This document shows positions 9,688 to 18,649 of a stretch of DNA of 39,670 bases, in pieces; position 1 is the stretch's first letter; each line of letters starts with the position of its first letter. Under the pieces are notes generated by a model that was not told the origin of the DNA, did not search any database, and was given only the letters and a program-made list of their open reading frames with translations. Both the position numbers and the translations under genes were made by a program. Origin of the DNA: an uncultured bacterium (GTDB lineage Bacteria; SAR324; NAC60-12); NCBI GenBank assembly GCA_965662235.1, contig CBFIGY010000029.1, positions 1-39,670 on the forward strand. The letters are read 5' to 3'.

Positions 9688-11051
9688 GCATGGCGTGGGC
9701 GGCCGATCCCTTTGACCTGAGCGGCAACGGCCCCCTCTTCCTCAACGCCAACCAGATGCGAGAGGACCTGCAGCAGACTCAAGAACTCCTGCGCCAGAGC
9801 TACGTCCGCTACCCCACCTTGGCTCAAGGAGGCGTCAACTGGGACCAGACCTTCCGGGGGCTGGAGCGTCAGCTGACCTCGAAGGCCAATCCGGTCCTCA
9901 CGCACCACTTTCAGGAGCAGCTCACCAACGCCCTAGCGGTCACCGAGGACATTCAGATCGAAACCGACCTGATGGTCCAGAAGCGGCACTACGCGTTTCA
10001 GGTGGAGCCCCGGGTTCCCTTTGTTTCTGGCGTGTCGATTGTGCTCCAAGAAGGGCGGCACCGCATCCTCCCCAACCGTCCGGCGCCACAAGCGGCCAAC
10101 AAGTGGCTCATCGGCTGTGAAGGCAACCGGCACGAGCTGTTCCCCACGCCTCCGGAGCGTGCCGGAGAGGAGCGGTTCATGCTCGGGGTCCGGGCACAGC
10201 ACAACCCGCCGCCCCTGAAGTGTGCCCTAGAAGATGACCTGGGACGTCCGGAAACCCTAGAACTGCCCCTGAGCCTTCCCGCCATGCTCCGGAATGGGCC
10301 TGAGGTTCCAGTGTACACCTATCAGCAGGGACGCGTTGACTACATCCGGTGGTTCCGAGACGGCGCCCTAGACGAGCAGGCGACCTTCAACTTCAGAAGG
10401 CTGGCCAAGGAGCTGCGGTCCAGCAAGACCCTCATCTTGGACGTCCGGGGCAACCACACCGGCTCCTTTGGCTTCATCGAGAAGTGGCTGCAGGAGCTGA
10501 CTCAGGAGGACTGGCAAAATGTGGTGGTCCGCGAGTGGCAGTCTCCCGAAACCCTGCAGGGACTGGTGAACCGCATCAACTGGCTGGACCAGCAAAACAA
10601 CCAGGGCCCGGCATCCGTCCGGCAGGCGCTTCAGCAGAAGAAGCAGCAGCTTCAGGCCCTCATCCGGCGCAACACGGAAAATGAACTGCCGGCCAAGTGG
10701 GTGGAAACTAAGTTCCTTTTCTCCGGAAGTCCAGATGCCCCCGCCTGGAACCGTCGGTTGATTGTGGTCGCCAACCGGCACTGCGGCGACGGCTGCCAGT
10801 TCCTAGTGGCCCTCGCCCGGCAGCTCAACCAGGCGTACTTCTTGGGCTCTGAAACCGGACCGTTCCCCAACACCTCCATCCTTCCCATGTACCAGCTCCG
10901 GAACTCCAGGATCCTGCTTTCCTTCAGCCACTACATGCACCTCGACCACCAACTTCAACCCGTTGCCCCCACAGGGCACACCCCAGACTTCTGGATCTTT
11001 GAAGACGATGTGGAGCGACAGGTGCAGCGCTTTGCCGCCAGCCTTCCCTAA
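9636..11051 (+). CDS. Secreted S41-peptidase-like protein, probably catalytically altered
   Basis: GTG start with a signal peptide ending AWA. LILDVRGNHTG resembles S41 'DLRGNGGG'; IVVANRHCGDGCQ aligns with the catalytic-Ser region; ends PTGHTPD. Confidence 0.6.
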   Translation: MLSKHALPFIVFLVTHLSMAWAADPFDLSGNGPLFLNANQMREDLQQTQELLRQSYVRYPTLAQGGVNWDQTFRGLERQLTSKANPVLTHHFQEQLTNALAVTEDIQIETDLMVQKRHYAFQVEPRVPFVSGVSIVLQEGRHRILPNRPAPQAANKWLIGCEGNRHELFPTPPERAGEERFMLGVRAQHNPPPLKCALEDDLGRPETLELPLSLPAMLRNGPEVPVYTYQQGRVDYIRWFRDGALDEQATFNFRRLAKELRSSKTLILDVRGNHTGSFGFIEKWLQELTQEDWQNVVVREWQSPETLQGLVNRINWLDQQNNQGPASVRQALQQKKQQLQALIRRNTENELPAKWVETKFLFSGSPDAPAWNRRLIVVANRHCGDGCQFLVALARQLNQAYFLGSETGPFPNTSILPMYQLRNSRILLSFSHYMHLDHQLQPVAPTGHTPDFWIFEDDVERQVQRFAASLP

Positions 11052-11121
11052 AACCCCCTCCTTCCGGCTTCCATTTCCATTTTTAGGGAGCCTCCGGGAA
11101 AAAACCGGCGTGGAAATAGTA

Positions 11122-11149
11122 TTGAAATCGAGCAGGATTCCGCTATATT
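11122..11149 (+). promoter_or_regulatory. sigma70-like promoter
   Basis: TTGAAA-N16-TATATT in an AT-rich intergenic stretch. Confidence 0.55.
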
Positions 11150-11155
11150 TAGCGA

Positions 11156-11287
11156 ATGCTTTGGTGGCGGCCTCTTAAATTAAGGAACCGGCTTCGGCTC
11201 AAAAGGAAGGCGCCCACCACAGGGCCCCCCGATCAACGGCCCCTCACTTCTTCGCCTAAACTCTTTACCACGACCTCATTCTCATGA
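11156..11287 (+). other. Candidate leaderless 43-aa upstream ORF / structured leader
   Basis: ATG begins 7 nt past the -10 box and encodes MLWWRPLKLRNRLRLKRK...TSFS. Its TGA overlaps the next ATG (ATGA). Confidence 0.3.
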
Positions 11288-11742
11288 CCCTGCTGGCCCA
11301 ACTGGACTGTCCCCCAGCAACCGTTTTGCGGAGCGGACACTTTTATGCCGTCGAGGCGATCCACCGGTGCTACCGCATCAATGAACCGGACCACTTCCTC
11401 CAGGATCAGCAGACCCGGCTCTACGCCTTCTTGGATCAAGACGGCGTGCTGCACTACTTCAACCGCCCGGCCAGTCAGCTCTCTGCCTGCTCGACGCTAG
11501 AAGAGGTGCTGCAGATTCAGGGACTGAAGCAGGTTGATTTTTGGGAAGTGTCCGCTGACGTTCAGCAGCAGATCAAGGCCCTGTCCCTGCACGGAGAACA
11601 GGACCAGAAGGAGGCTCAGCTGCTGTGGAAGGCTGTGGAAGCCTTCTCTCGTCAGCAGACTGAAGAGAAGGAGTTTGACGTGGAGGGGCTGAAGGAAACG
11701 CACATGGAGGACTACATTCGTCCTCCGGACCTACCGGCCTGA
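11284..11742 (+). CDS. Hypothetical protein
   Basis: 152-aa ORF with genome-typical codon usage. No recognised motif. Confidence 0.7.
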   Translation: MTLLAQLDCPPATVLRSGHFYAVEAIHRCYRINEPDHFLQDQQTRLYAFLDQDGVLHYFNRPASQLSACSTLEEVLQIQGLKQVDFWEVSADVQQQIKALSLHGEQDQKEAQLLWKAVEAFSRQQTEEKEFDVEGLKETHMEDYIRPPDLPA

Positions 11743-12138
11743 GTAGTCAGGACCGGGTTCCGGGAACACCCCGTAGGTTCGTGAATAAGGCTGACCGGAG
11801 TAGGAAATTCCGGTCCGCGCCCGGGAGTATTCCAGCTGAAGCTGCATGCGTTGCAGCTCACGGATCCTCCCCTCAGAAGGCTGAGGGCCATCGGCCTCCT
11901 GCTGAGCCAGTCGCTCAGCGGCCAGGGCCTCTCGCTGCTGCTGCACCTGCTTCCGGACGTCCATGCGCTCCTGCGCGTAGTCGTAAGACCCCATGAAGCA
12001 CTTGTAGCGATTTTCGGAGGAGCTGAAGCAGACCTCCTTGCCCGCTGGAGCCTGGGCAAGCACCGTACTAGCGCAACCGTATGCCATGGATAGCAGCACG
12101 AGACGCAGCACAAGAAACTGGAAGCGGTGGGGATTCAT
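11731..12138 (-). CDS. Hypothetical exported protein (start uncertain)
   Basis: Signal-like N-terminus (FLVLRLVLLSMAYGCASTVLAQ), a Cys pair, and a Gln/Glu-rich coiled segment. Confidence 0.55.
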   Translation of the reverse strand: MNPHRFQFLVLRLVLLSMAYGCASTVLAQAPAGKEVCFSSSENRYKCFMGSYDYAQERMDVRKQVQQQREALAAERLAQQEADGPQPSEGRIRELQRMQLQLEYSRARTGISYSGQPYSRTYGVFPEPGPDYSGR

Positions 12139-12598
12139 AGCCTTACTGGGAATGGGTTGCCTACTTGCACCAACTGCTTGGGCACAAAGCACTGATAATG
12201 CCACTGCCGCGGACGCAACACAAGCGGGCGCTCCGGCAGTTCCCGAATCCCTGGCCCAGCAGATTCAAGCCGTTGCCAAGGCACAGACGAGCCGGCAGTC
12301 GGCTCAAGCAACCCAGATGTTTGGAGACCTTGCCACCGAGGCTCCCAAGATTTTAGAAACGGCCAAGCAACAACCGGCGCCCCCGGAGGTTGACCTCGGA
12401 CTGGTCGCCTGGCATGCCAAAGCCCGGGCGTCTTCCGATGCGATTTTTGCGCAGGTCAATCAGAAGCGCAACGCGGAGACCCAGAAGCGATTTGACGCGT
12501 TTCAGGAAAAACGCTACGCCCCCATGGTGTCCTCCAGCCCGCGCCCGACGGATGTGGCCTCGTTCAATGACATTTACCAACCCATCAGCCGACGCTGA
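12086..12598 (+). CDS. Hypothetical exported protein (start uncertain)
   Basis: Signal-like KRWGFIALLGMGCLLAPTAWA-Q followed by an Ala/Gln-rich body. Confidence 0.55.
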   Translation: MDSSTRRSTRNWKRWGFIALLGMGCLLAPTAWAQSTDNATAADATQAGAPAVPESLAQQIQAVAKAQTSRQSAQATQMFGDLATEAPKILETAKQQPAPPEVDLGLVAWHAKARASSDAIFAQVNQKRNAETQKRFDAFQEKRYAPMVSSSPRPTDVASFNDIYQPISRR

Positions 12599-12637
12599 AC
12601 GCGAAGTGTTCGCCCATTACCCCCGAACTCCGCACTC

Positions 12638-13720
12638 ATGAGCCGCATTGCCATGGCCATGAGCGGAGGGGTCGATTCCTCCGTTGCTGCCGCGCTCCTC
12701 AAGGAGCAGGGCCACGAGGTCATCGGCCTCCACATGAAGCTCTATCACGGTCCTGAAAACGACTCCCGTCCCAAGAGTTGCTGCTCCCTTGACGAGGCCA
12801 TGGACGCCCGATCGGTCTGCCACCGGTTGGACATCCCGTTCTACGTCCTCGACTTCCAAGAAGCCTTCCAGGAGCAGGTCATCGACTACTTTGTTGCCGA
12901 ATACGCCTCCGGACGCACCCCCAATCCGTGTGTCATGTGCAACCGCAAGATCAAGAGCCGGTTCCTGTTGGAGAAGGCCGACGAGTTGGAGTGCGACCTC
13001 CTGGCCACCGGACACTACGCCCGTCTGCAGTCCAATCCCCACTCCGGACGTACGGAGCTCCACCAAGCGGCTGACAAACGCAAGGACCAGACCTACTTCC
13101 TCTTTGGGGTGCCTCAGGAGGAACTGGCCCGCATGGTCTTCCCGCTCTCCGACTGGATCAAGCCTCGCGTCCGGAGCGTCGCAGAGCAACTGGAACTCGA
13201 CTCGGCGCTCAAGCAGGAAAGCCAGGAAATCTGCTTTGTCCCCAAGGACTACCGGAATTTCCTTCAGTCCCAAAACGCCAACCTTGCTCAGCCCGGAGTC
13301 TTTGTGGATGAGGCGGGGCAGGTGTTGGGGGAGCACCAGGGCGTGGCCTTCTTCACCATTGGTCAACGTCGGGGACTGGGTGTCACCAGCCGCGAGCCGC
13401 TGTACGTCATCCGCCTCCACCAAGAGACCAACCAGGTTGTGTTGGGTCCAGAGTCCAGCCTCTACCAGAAACAGGTTCCGGTGCAATCGGTGAACTGGGT
13501 TTCAATCGACCCGATTCAGGAGCCGCTTCGGGCCCTGGTTCGCCTCCGGTACACTCATCAGGGCAGCTGGGGCTGGTTGCATCCTCAGGACGATCACACT
13601 CTGCAGGTGGAGCTGGAGGAGCCGGAACGGGCGATCACGCCAGGACAGGCAGCCGTGTTTTACAACGATTCCGGGATGGTCCTGGGAGGAGGGTGGATTG
13701 CGGAGGTGCCACCCGCATGA
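12638..13720 (+). CDS. mnmA: tRNA-specific 2-thiouridylase
   Basis: AMSGGVDSS, TPNPCVMCN, ATGHYAR, KDQTYFL, ESQEICF, TIGQRRGLG, ITPGQAAVFY. Confidence 0.97.
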   Translation: MSRIAMAMSGGVDSSVAAALLKEQGHEVIGLHMKLYHGPENDSRPKSCCSLDEAMDARSVCHRLDIPFYVLDFQEAFQEQVIDYFVAEYASGRTPNPCVMCNRKIKSRFLLEKADELECDLLATGHYARLQSNPHSGRTELHQAADKRKDQTYFLFGVPQEELARMVFPLSDWIKPRVRSVAEQLELDSALKQESQEICFVPKDYRNFLQSQNANLAQPGVFVDEAGQVLGEHQGVAFFTIGQRRGLGVTSREPLYVIRLHQETNQVVLGPESSLYQKQVPVQSVNWVSIDPIQEPLRALVRLRYTHQGSWGWLHPQDDHTLQVELEEPERAITPGQAAVFYNDSGMVLGGGWIAEVPPA

Positions 13721-14214
13721 TGCTCTTTCTCACCGGGTTCATGGCGTGCGGGAAGAGCACGGTCGGCCGGCAACTCGCCCGGCGCCTGGGGTACTTCTAC
13801 CTCGATACCGACAGCGTGATCGAAAAGGAACAGGGCTGCACCATTGCAGAAATCTTTTCCTTCGGAGGAGAGCAGTCGTTTCGTGACCTTGAAACCCAAC
13901 TGCTCAAACGCCTCAAGGGACGGCAGAACACCGTGGTCTCCACCGGAGGCGGCATGATCGTCCGGCCTGAAAACCGGGAACTGATGCGCTCCATGGGCAC
14001 GGTCATTTACCTCAAGGTTTCCGATGATGAACTCATCCGGCGCCTCCACAAGGACTACAAGCGTCCTCTCATGCACGATGGGAAAACGCCAGAAGAGCGG
14101 GTCAGCGAACTCATGCAGGTTCGGCGACACCTCTACGATGAGGCGGAACTCATCATTCACTCCCAAGGGCTGAACCCCTCACAAACGGCAACCGAAATCA
14201 TCCGCAACCTCTGA
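13717..14214 (+). CDS. aroK: Shikimate kinase
   Basis: LTGFMACGKSTVG, LDTD, GEQSFRDLE, STGGG, RPL. ATGA overlap with the mnmA stop. Confidence 0.95.
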   Translation: MMLFLTGFMACGKSTVGRQLARRLGYFYLDTDSVIEKEQGCTIAEIFSFGGEQSFRDLETQLLKRLKGRQNTVVSTGGGMIVRPENRELMRSMGTVIYLKVSDDELIRRLHKDYKRPLMHDGKTPEERVSELMQVRRHLYDEAELIIHSQGLNPSQTATEIIRNL

Positions 14215-14235
14215 ACGAGGTGCCTTACGGACTTT

Positions 14236-14469
14236 ATGGAACAGAATACCTTCGAATCCGCCCTCAAGCAGCTTGAGCACAGCGTCACCCGCCTGGAAGC
14301 CGGAGAGCTTCCGCTGGAGGAAGCCCTCCAGGCTTTTGAAGAAGGCGTCCGCTGGAGCCGCGAGTGCCATCGCTTTCTGGAGCGAGCCGAGCAGCGCATC
14401 GAAGTGATTCTCAAGAACGAGCAAGGGGAGCCCGTGCCAACGGCACTGGGTCTCGGCGTCGAAGAGTAG
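14236..14469 (+). CDS. xseB: Exodeoxyribonuclease VII small subunit
   Basis: FESALKQLE..V.RLEAGELPLEEALQAFEEGV...C..FLERAEQRI. Confidence 0.95.
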   Translation: MEQNTFESALKQLEHSVTRLEAGELPLEEALQAFEEGVRWSRECHRFLERAEQRIEVILKNEQGEPVPTALGLGVEE

Positions 14470-14488
14470 CGGAGCCCGAACGTTCGCA

Positions 14489-14637
14489 GGACGCTCCCCT
14501 TGGACGCCTCCTTCAACGCCCTCCGTTGAATCAACTGTACAAAATGGACCTGGATCGGCCTGTTTGACGGGCAAGGTGGGAATGGGCCTGAAGTGGCAAT
14601 GCCCCCCTTTCCATTCTGCCTCCGCCAGCCAGCGTCC
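14489..14637 (+). promoter_or_regulatory. Structured 5' leader of rne
   Basis: GGACGCT (14489-95) / AGCGTCC (14631-37) closes a region containing TTCAACG/CGTTGAA, GCCTGT/ACGGGC and GAATGG/CCATTC stems. Confidence 0.4.
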
Positions 14638-14663
14638 CTCTGTTTGACCCTCTCAGGAGCAAG

Positions 14664-17267
14664 ATGCCTGAAGACACCATGAAAATGCTCATCAACGTCG
14701 AGGAAGATGAGACTCGAATCGCTCTGGTCCGAGAAAAGCAACTCGATAACCTGTTCATTGAACAGAACCAACGGACCCAAAACGTCGGGAACATCTACTG
14801 CGGCGTCGTTACCAAAGTCCAACCCTCCTTTCAGGCGGCGTTTGTGGACTATGGCGCCGACCGCAACGGCTTCCTGGCCGCCTCGGACCTCAACCCCAAG
14901 CTCTTCAAGGACTCCAAAGGCCTCAAGGGACGTCCCAACATCACCCAGCTCCTCCGGAACGGAGACAAGGTGCTGGTGCAGGTCCTCAAAGACGAAATTG
15001 GACACAAAGGCGCCTCGCTGACCACCAACCTCTCGCTTCCGGGACGGTTCATGGTCTTCATGCCCGACAGCGACAAGGGAGGGGTTTCCAAAAAAATTGA
15101 AGACTCCGCCCACCGCGAACGCCTCAAGCACCTCCTCAAGGGCCTCGACAACGAAGACGCCGGTGTCATCATCCGGACCGCTGGAGTCGGACGCAGCCTC
15201 GATGAACTCAAGCGCGACTACATGAACCTGCGTCGCGTCTGGAAGCGCATTGAGGAGTCGTATGAGAAGCGGAACAAGCCCGGGCTCCTTTATGAAGAAG
15301 AAGGCGCCGTGGTCCGCATGCTTCGGGACTACTTCAATGATAAGATCTCCGAGGTCATCATTGACGACCCGAATGCCTTCCAGCAAGCCCTCGAGTTCTT
15401 CCAGGCGAACATGCCGGCTGACCAGAAGCGCCTGCACCTTTACCTAGGGGAACGCTCCCTCTTCAGTGCCCACGGCATTGAAAGCCAGATCGGCGCCCTC
15501 AACAGCCACAAGGTTCCGCTTCCTTCCGGAGGCAGCCTGGTCATCAGTCCCACAGAGGCCCTCGTCGCCATCGACGTCAACTCCGGACGGTCCACGCAGG
15601 AACGCAACATTGAAGAGACCGCCGTCCGGACCAACCTGGAAGCCGCTGATGAAGTCGCCCGACAGCTCCGGCTCCGGAACCTCGGGGGTCTGGTCGTCAT
15701 TGACTTCATTGACATGGACTCGGCAAAAAATCGGCAGCTCGTCGTCTCCCAAATGGAAGACGCACTGGTTGACGACAAGGCCCGCTGGGCGTTGGGAGAG
15801 ATCTCTCGCTTTGGCCTCCTGGAGATGAGCCGGCAGCGCATCGCCAGCAGCCTGTCCACCAACTCCCCCACGGTCTCCATTGCCAACCGCATCGTCCGGC
15901 GCATTCAGGACCTGTGTGCGGAACACACCATCCAGGAAATCCGCTGCTCCTTGATCCCGGAACTGGCGGTGCACCTGCTGAATGCCAAACGCCGGCGCCT
16001 GCACCAGCTTGAGGTTGACTTCGGCGTCAGCATCCAGATCATTCCGGATCCCCTGCAGGACCCGGATGAGGTCCCGGACATGGAAGTTCTCATTGAAAAA
16101 GACGGCGATCCGCAAACCTCCATCTTCTCTGCCTGGGAAGTGGAGATTGAGGACGACCGGTCCCGACGACGACGACGACGACGACGACGTCCGGAAAATG
16201 AGACCTCCTCTGACGCAACCGACGCTCCGGAAGCCGAAGACACCAGCGCTGAGGAAAACGATGCGCCTGTCACTCCGGAAGCCGATTCTTCTGAAGAGGA
16301 AGACGCCAAGCCTGCTCGACGGCGACGCCGGGGGCGACGGCGCTCCTCTTCTGAAGAGACTTCGGAAGCCTCCACGGAAGACGACGTTTCCTCAGACACT
16401 CCGGACGCCGAGGCTGAGGTCGATTCGGATGTGGAGCCCGAAGCGGCAGAAGCGCCTGAGGAGCCTGAAGCTCCCGTCGCGGTTCCCGTAGCCGCTCCGC
16501 GCCCTGCAGCCCGGGCCAAGCGGAAGCCCTTTGACGGAGTCCTCTTCAGCAGCATCCACGAAGGGGTGATTGACGACGGCTTGCCGTGGGCACCTCCGCC
16601 CATCCCGGAATGGCGCCGCCGCAACCAGGAAGCGCCCATCAACCGCATCATCTTCAGCAGCACCCACCTGCCAACAGGAGAGGAGTCGGAAGAGGACCTT
16701 CCGGTTGCTCCAACGGAAGCAGCAAATTCTGCCGTGACGGCAGAGCCGGTCGCTGAAGAGGCACCGAAAAAGCCCAAACGGGCGCCACGCGCTCGTAAAA
16801 AGGCGTCAGACGAGCCTCAAGAAGCGGTCAGTGCTCCGGAAGCCGAGGCAAGCGTCACCGAAACCGCGGCAAGCGATTCGGCAGAAGAGGCGGTTGCTGA
16901 GGAAAAGCCGAAGAAGAAACCGGCATCCCGGACCCGTTCTCGGGCCAAAAAGGCAGAAACTGCCGACGCTTCCGAGCAAACGGCAAAAACTGCCGAAACT
17001 GCGGAAGCCGAGGCACCTGCCAAGCCCAAGAGTCCGCGGAAGTCTCGGGCCAAGGCGGCAACGGAAGAGGCGGCTGACGCCTCCGAAGCAAAGCCCAAGG
17101 CCACTCGCTCCCGGGCCAAAAAGGCTGCTGCGCCTGCAGACGCGGCGGATGGAGCCGAGGCTCCAGCAGAAGCCACCGAACCCAAGGCCACCAAGCCTCG
17201 GCGACGGAGTCCAGCGAAGAAGACCCAGGAGCCCGAAACCGTGGCCCCTGAGTCGTCCGAGCGCTGA
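14664..17267 (+). CDS. rne: Ribonuclease E (Rne/Rng family) with long disordered C-terminal region
   Basis: GNIYCG, QAAFVDYG, KGASLTT.LSLPGR, IIRT, AIDVNSG, RLRNLGG..VIDFIDM, FGLLEMSRQR. Arg-rich and acidic/Lys-rich tail. SD AGGAG. Confidence 0.93.
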   Translation: MPEDTMKMLINVEEDETRIALVREKQLDNLFIEQNQRTQNVGNIYCGVVTKVQPSFQAAFVDYGADRNGFLAASDLNPKLFKDSKGLKGRPNITQLLRNGDKVLVQVLKDEIGHKGASLTTNLSLPGRFMVFMPDSDKGGVSKKIEDSAHRERLKHLLKGLDNEDAGVIIRTAGVGRSLDELKRDYMNLRRVWKRIEESYEKRNKPGLLYEEEGAVVRMLRDYFNDKISEVIIDDPNAFQQALEFFQANMPADQKRLHLYLGERSLFSAHGIESQIGALNSHKVPLPSGGSLVISPTEALVAIDVNSGRSTQERNIEETAVRTNLEAADEVARQLRLRNLGGLVVIDFIDMDSAKNRQLVVSQMEDALVDDKARWALGEISRFGLLEMSRQRIASSLSTNSPTVSIANRIVRRIQDLCAEHTIQEIRCSLIPELAVHLLNAKRRRLHQLEVDFGVSIQIIPDPLQDPDEVPDMEVLIEKDGDPQTSIFSAWEVEIEDDRSRRRRRRRRRPENETSSDATDAPEAEDTSAEENDAPVTPEADSSEEEDAKPARRRRRGRRRSSSEETSEASTEDDVSSDTPDAEAEVDSDVEPEAAEAPEEPEAPVAVPVAAPRPAARAKRKPFDGVLFSSIHEGVIDDGLPWAPPPIPEWRRRNQEAPINRIIFSSTHLPTGEESEEDLPVAPTEAANSAVTAEPVAEEAPKKPKRAPRARKKASDEPQEAVSAPEAEASVTETAASDSAEEAVAEEKPKKKPASRTRSRAKKAETADASEQTAKTAETAEAEAPAKPKSPRKSRAKAATEEAADASEAKPKATRSRAKKAAAPADAADGAEAPAEATEPKATKPRRRSPAKKTQEPETVAPESSER
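16164..16190 (+). repeat. (CGA)8-CGT trinucleotide repeat encoding Arg9 in RNase E
   Basis: Read directly: cgacgacgacgacgacgacgacgacgt. Confidence 0.9.
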
Positions 17268-18646
17268 TGGACGCGGGGCGTTTTCAGACCCTACCCTCGA
17301 TTCAGGAGGTGGATCGCCTCCTGAAGCAACAAGGGGCGCCGTCCGGCAAACCCGTGCGGCGTTGGGTGCATCAGGCCCTGCAGCAGTACCGAGCCCAGCT
17401 TCAGGAAGGAGCACCGCTCCCGGCCTCCCGTCAAGAGGCGCTCGAGTGGATCGTGTCGCAGGTGCGTCAGCGCCTCCCCCGTTCCACAGAGAAGGTGCTC
17501 AACCTGACTGGGGTCGTGGTTCACACCAACTTGGGACGCTCCCCGCTGCCCCGTCCTCTGCTGGAATCCCTCCTGACCCAGTGGAGCCACTACACCCCCC
17601 TTGAATTCGACCTCGAAACAGGCAAACGCGGACACCGGGACACGGCCCTGAGGCAGCTGCTGCAGGACCTTTCCGGGGCTGAATCCGCTCTGGCGGTCAA
17701 CAACAATGCCGCGGCTGTGTTCCTCATGCTCCGGACCCTGGCGCCTGGGCAAGAGGTCATTGTCTCCCGAGGAGAACTCGTCGAGATTGGCGGATCCTTC
17801 CGCATTCCGGACATCATGCGCGAAGCCGGATGCGAGCTGGTCGAGGTGGGCACCACTAACCGAACCCGCCTTTCCGACTATGAGGCTGCCATTACCGAAC
17901 GCACGGCGGCGCTCCTTAAGGTCCACCCCTCCAATTACACCCTCGTCGGCTTTACTGAAGAGGTCGGACTGGCCGAGTTGGCCCAGCTGGCCCGTCAGCA
18001 TCACCTGCACTCCCTCTACGACTGGGGCAGCGGGTCGTTCTACGCCTTTCAGCAGCAAGGGCTCCGGAATTACCCCACTGCTCAGCAGGTGCTGGCCTCA
18101 GGGGTGGACGTGGTCGCCTTCAGCGGAGACAAGCTTTTGGGAGGCGTTCAGGCCGGGCTGCTGCTAGGCAAGGAGGCCCTGCTCAACGCGATCCGCCGGC
18201 ATCCGCTCTACCGGGCGTTTCGGCTCGACAAGTTGGCGCTCTCCACCCTAGAAGCCCTCCTCCGTCTCTACTGGGACCCGGAGCAGGTTCCGGAGCAGCT
18301 CCTGACGCCACACCTGCTGGAACGCACACCAGACGCCATCCGGACGGTCGCCGATGACGTCCTCAGCGCCCTCCAGCCTCAGGCGCCGTGGTCAGTGTCT
18401 GCGCAGCCGATGACGTCCCTAACCGGCGGCGGAGCATTGCCCGAGCTGCAGCTGCCTTCCTGGGGACTCGTGCTCCGGCATGAAACCCGCTCGGCGCAGG
18501 CGCTTCAGGAACAGCTCCGTCAGCACCGTCCGGTTCCGGTGATTGGTCGTGTGGTGGAAGAAGCCCTCTGGCTCGACTTCCGGACCCTGCTGCCAGGAGA
18601 AGCTCCGGAGCTGCAGGCGTGCCTCCAGCACCTTCTGCAGGCGTAG
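17267..18646 (+). CDS. selA: L-seryl-tRNA(Sec) selenium transferase
   Basis: NLTGVVVHTNLGRSP, VNNNAAAV, VSRGELVEIGGSFRIPDIM, EVGTTNRT, KVHPSNY, PLP-Lys motif SGDKLLGG. TGATG overlap with rne. Confidence 0.97.
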   Translation: MDAGRFQTLPSIQEVDRLLKQQGAPSGKPVRRWVHQALQQYRAQLQEGAPLPASRQEALEWIVSQVRQRLPRSTEKVLNLTGVVVHTNLGRSPLPRPLLESLLTQWSHYTPLEFDLETGKRGHRDTALRQLLQDLSGAESALAVNNNAAAVFLMLRTLAPGQEVIVSRGELVEIGGSFRIPDIMREAGCELVEVGTTNRTRLSDYEAAITERTAALLKVHPSNYTLVGFTEEVGLAELAQLARQHHLHSLYDWGSGSFYAFQQQGLRNYPTAQQVLASGVDVVAFSGDKLLGGVQAGLLLGKEALLNAIRRHPLYRAFRLDKLALSTLEALLRLYWDPEQVPEQLLTPHLLERTPDAIRTVADDVLSALQPQAPWSVSAQPMTSLTGGGALPELQLPSWGLVLRHETRSAQALQEQLRQHRPVPVIGRVVEEALWLDFRTLLPGEAPELQACLQHLLQA

Positions 18647-18649
18647 CTC

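Noticed and set aside
11083..11245. 6S-RNA-like words (TAGGGAGCC...GGCGCCCACC)
   Set aside because: Spacing is too long, no convincing closing stem or central bubble was found, and a sigma70-like promoter lies inside. An Rfam search is needed to decide.
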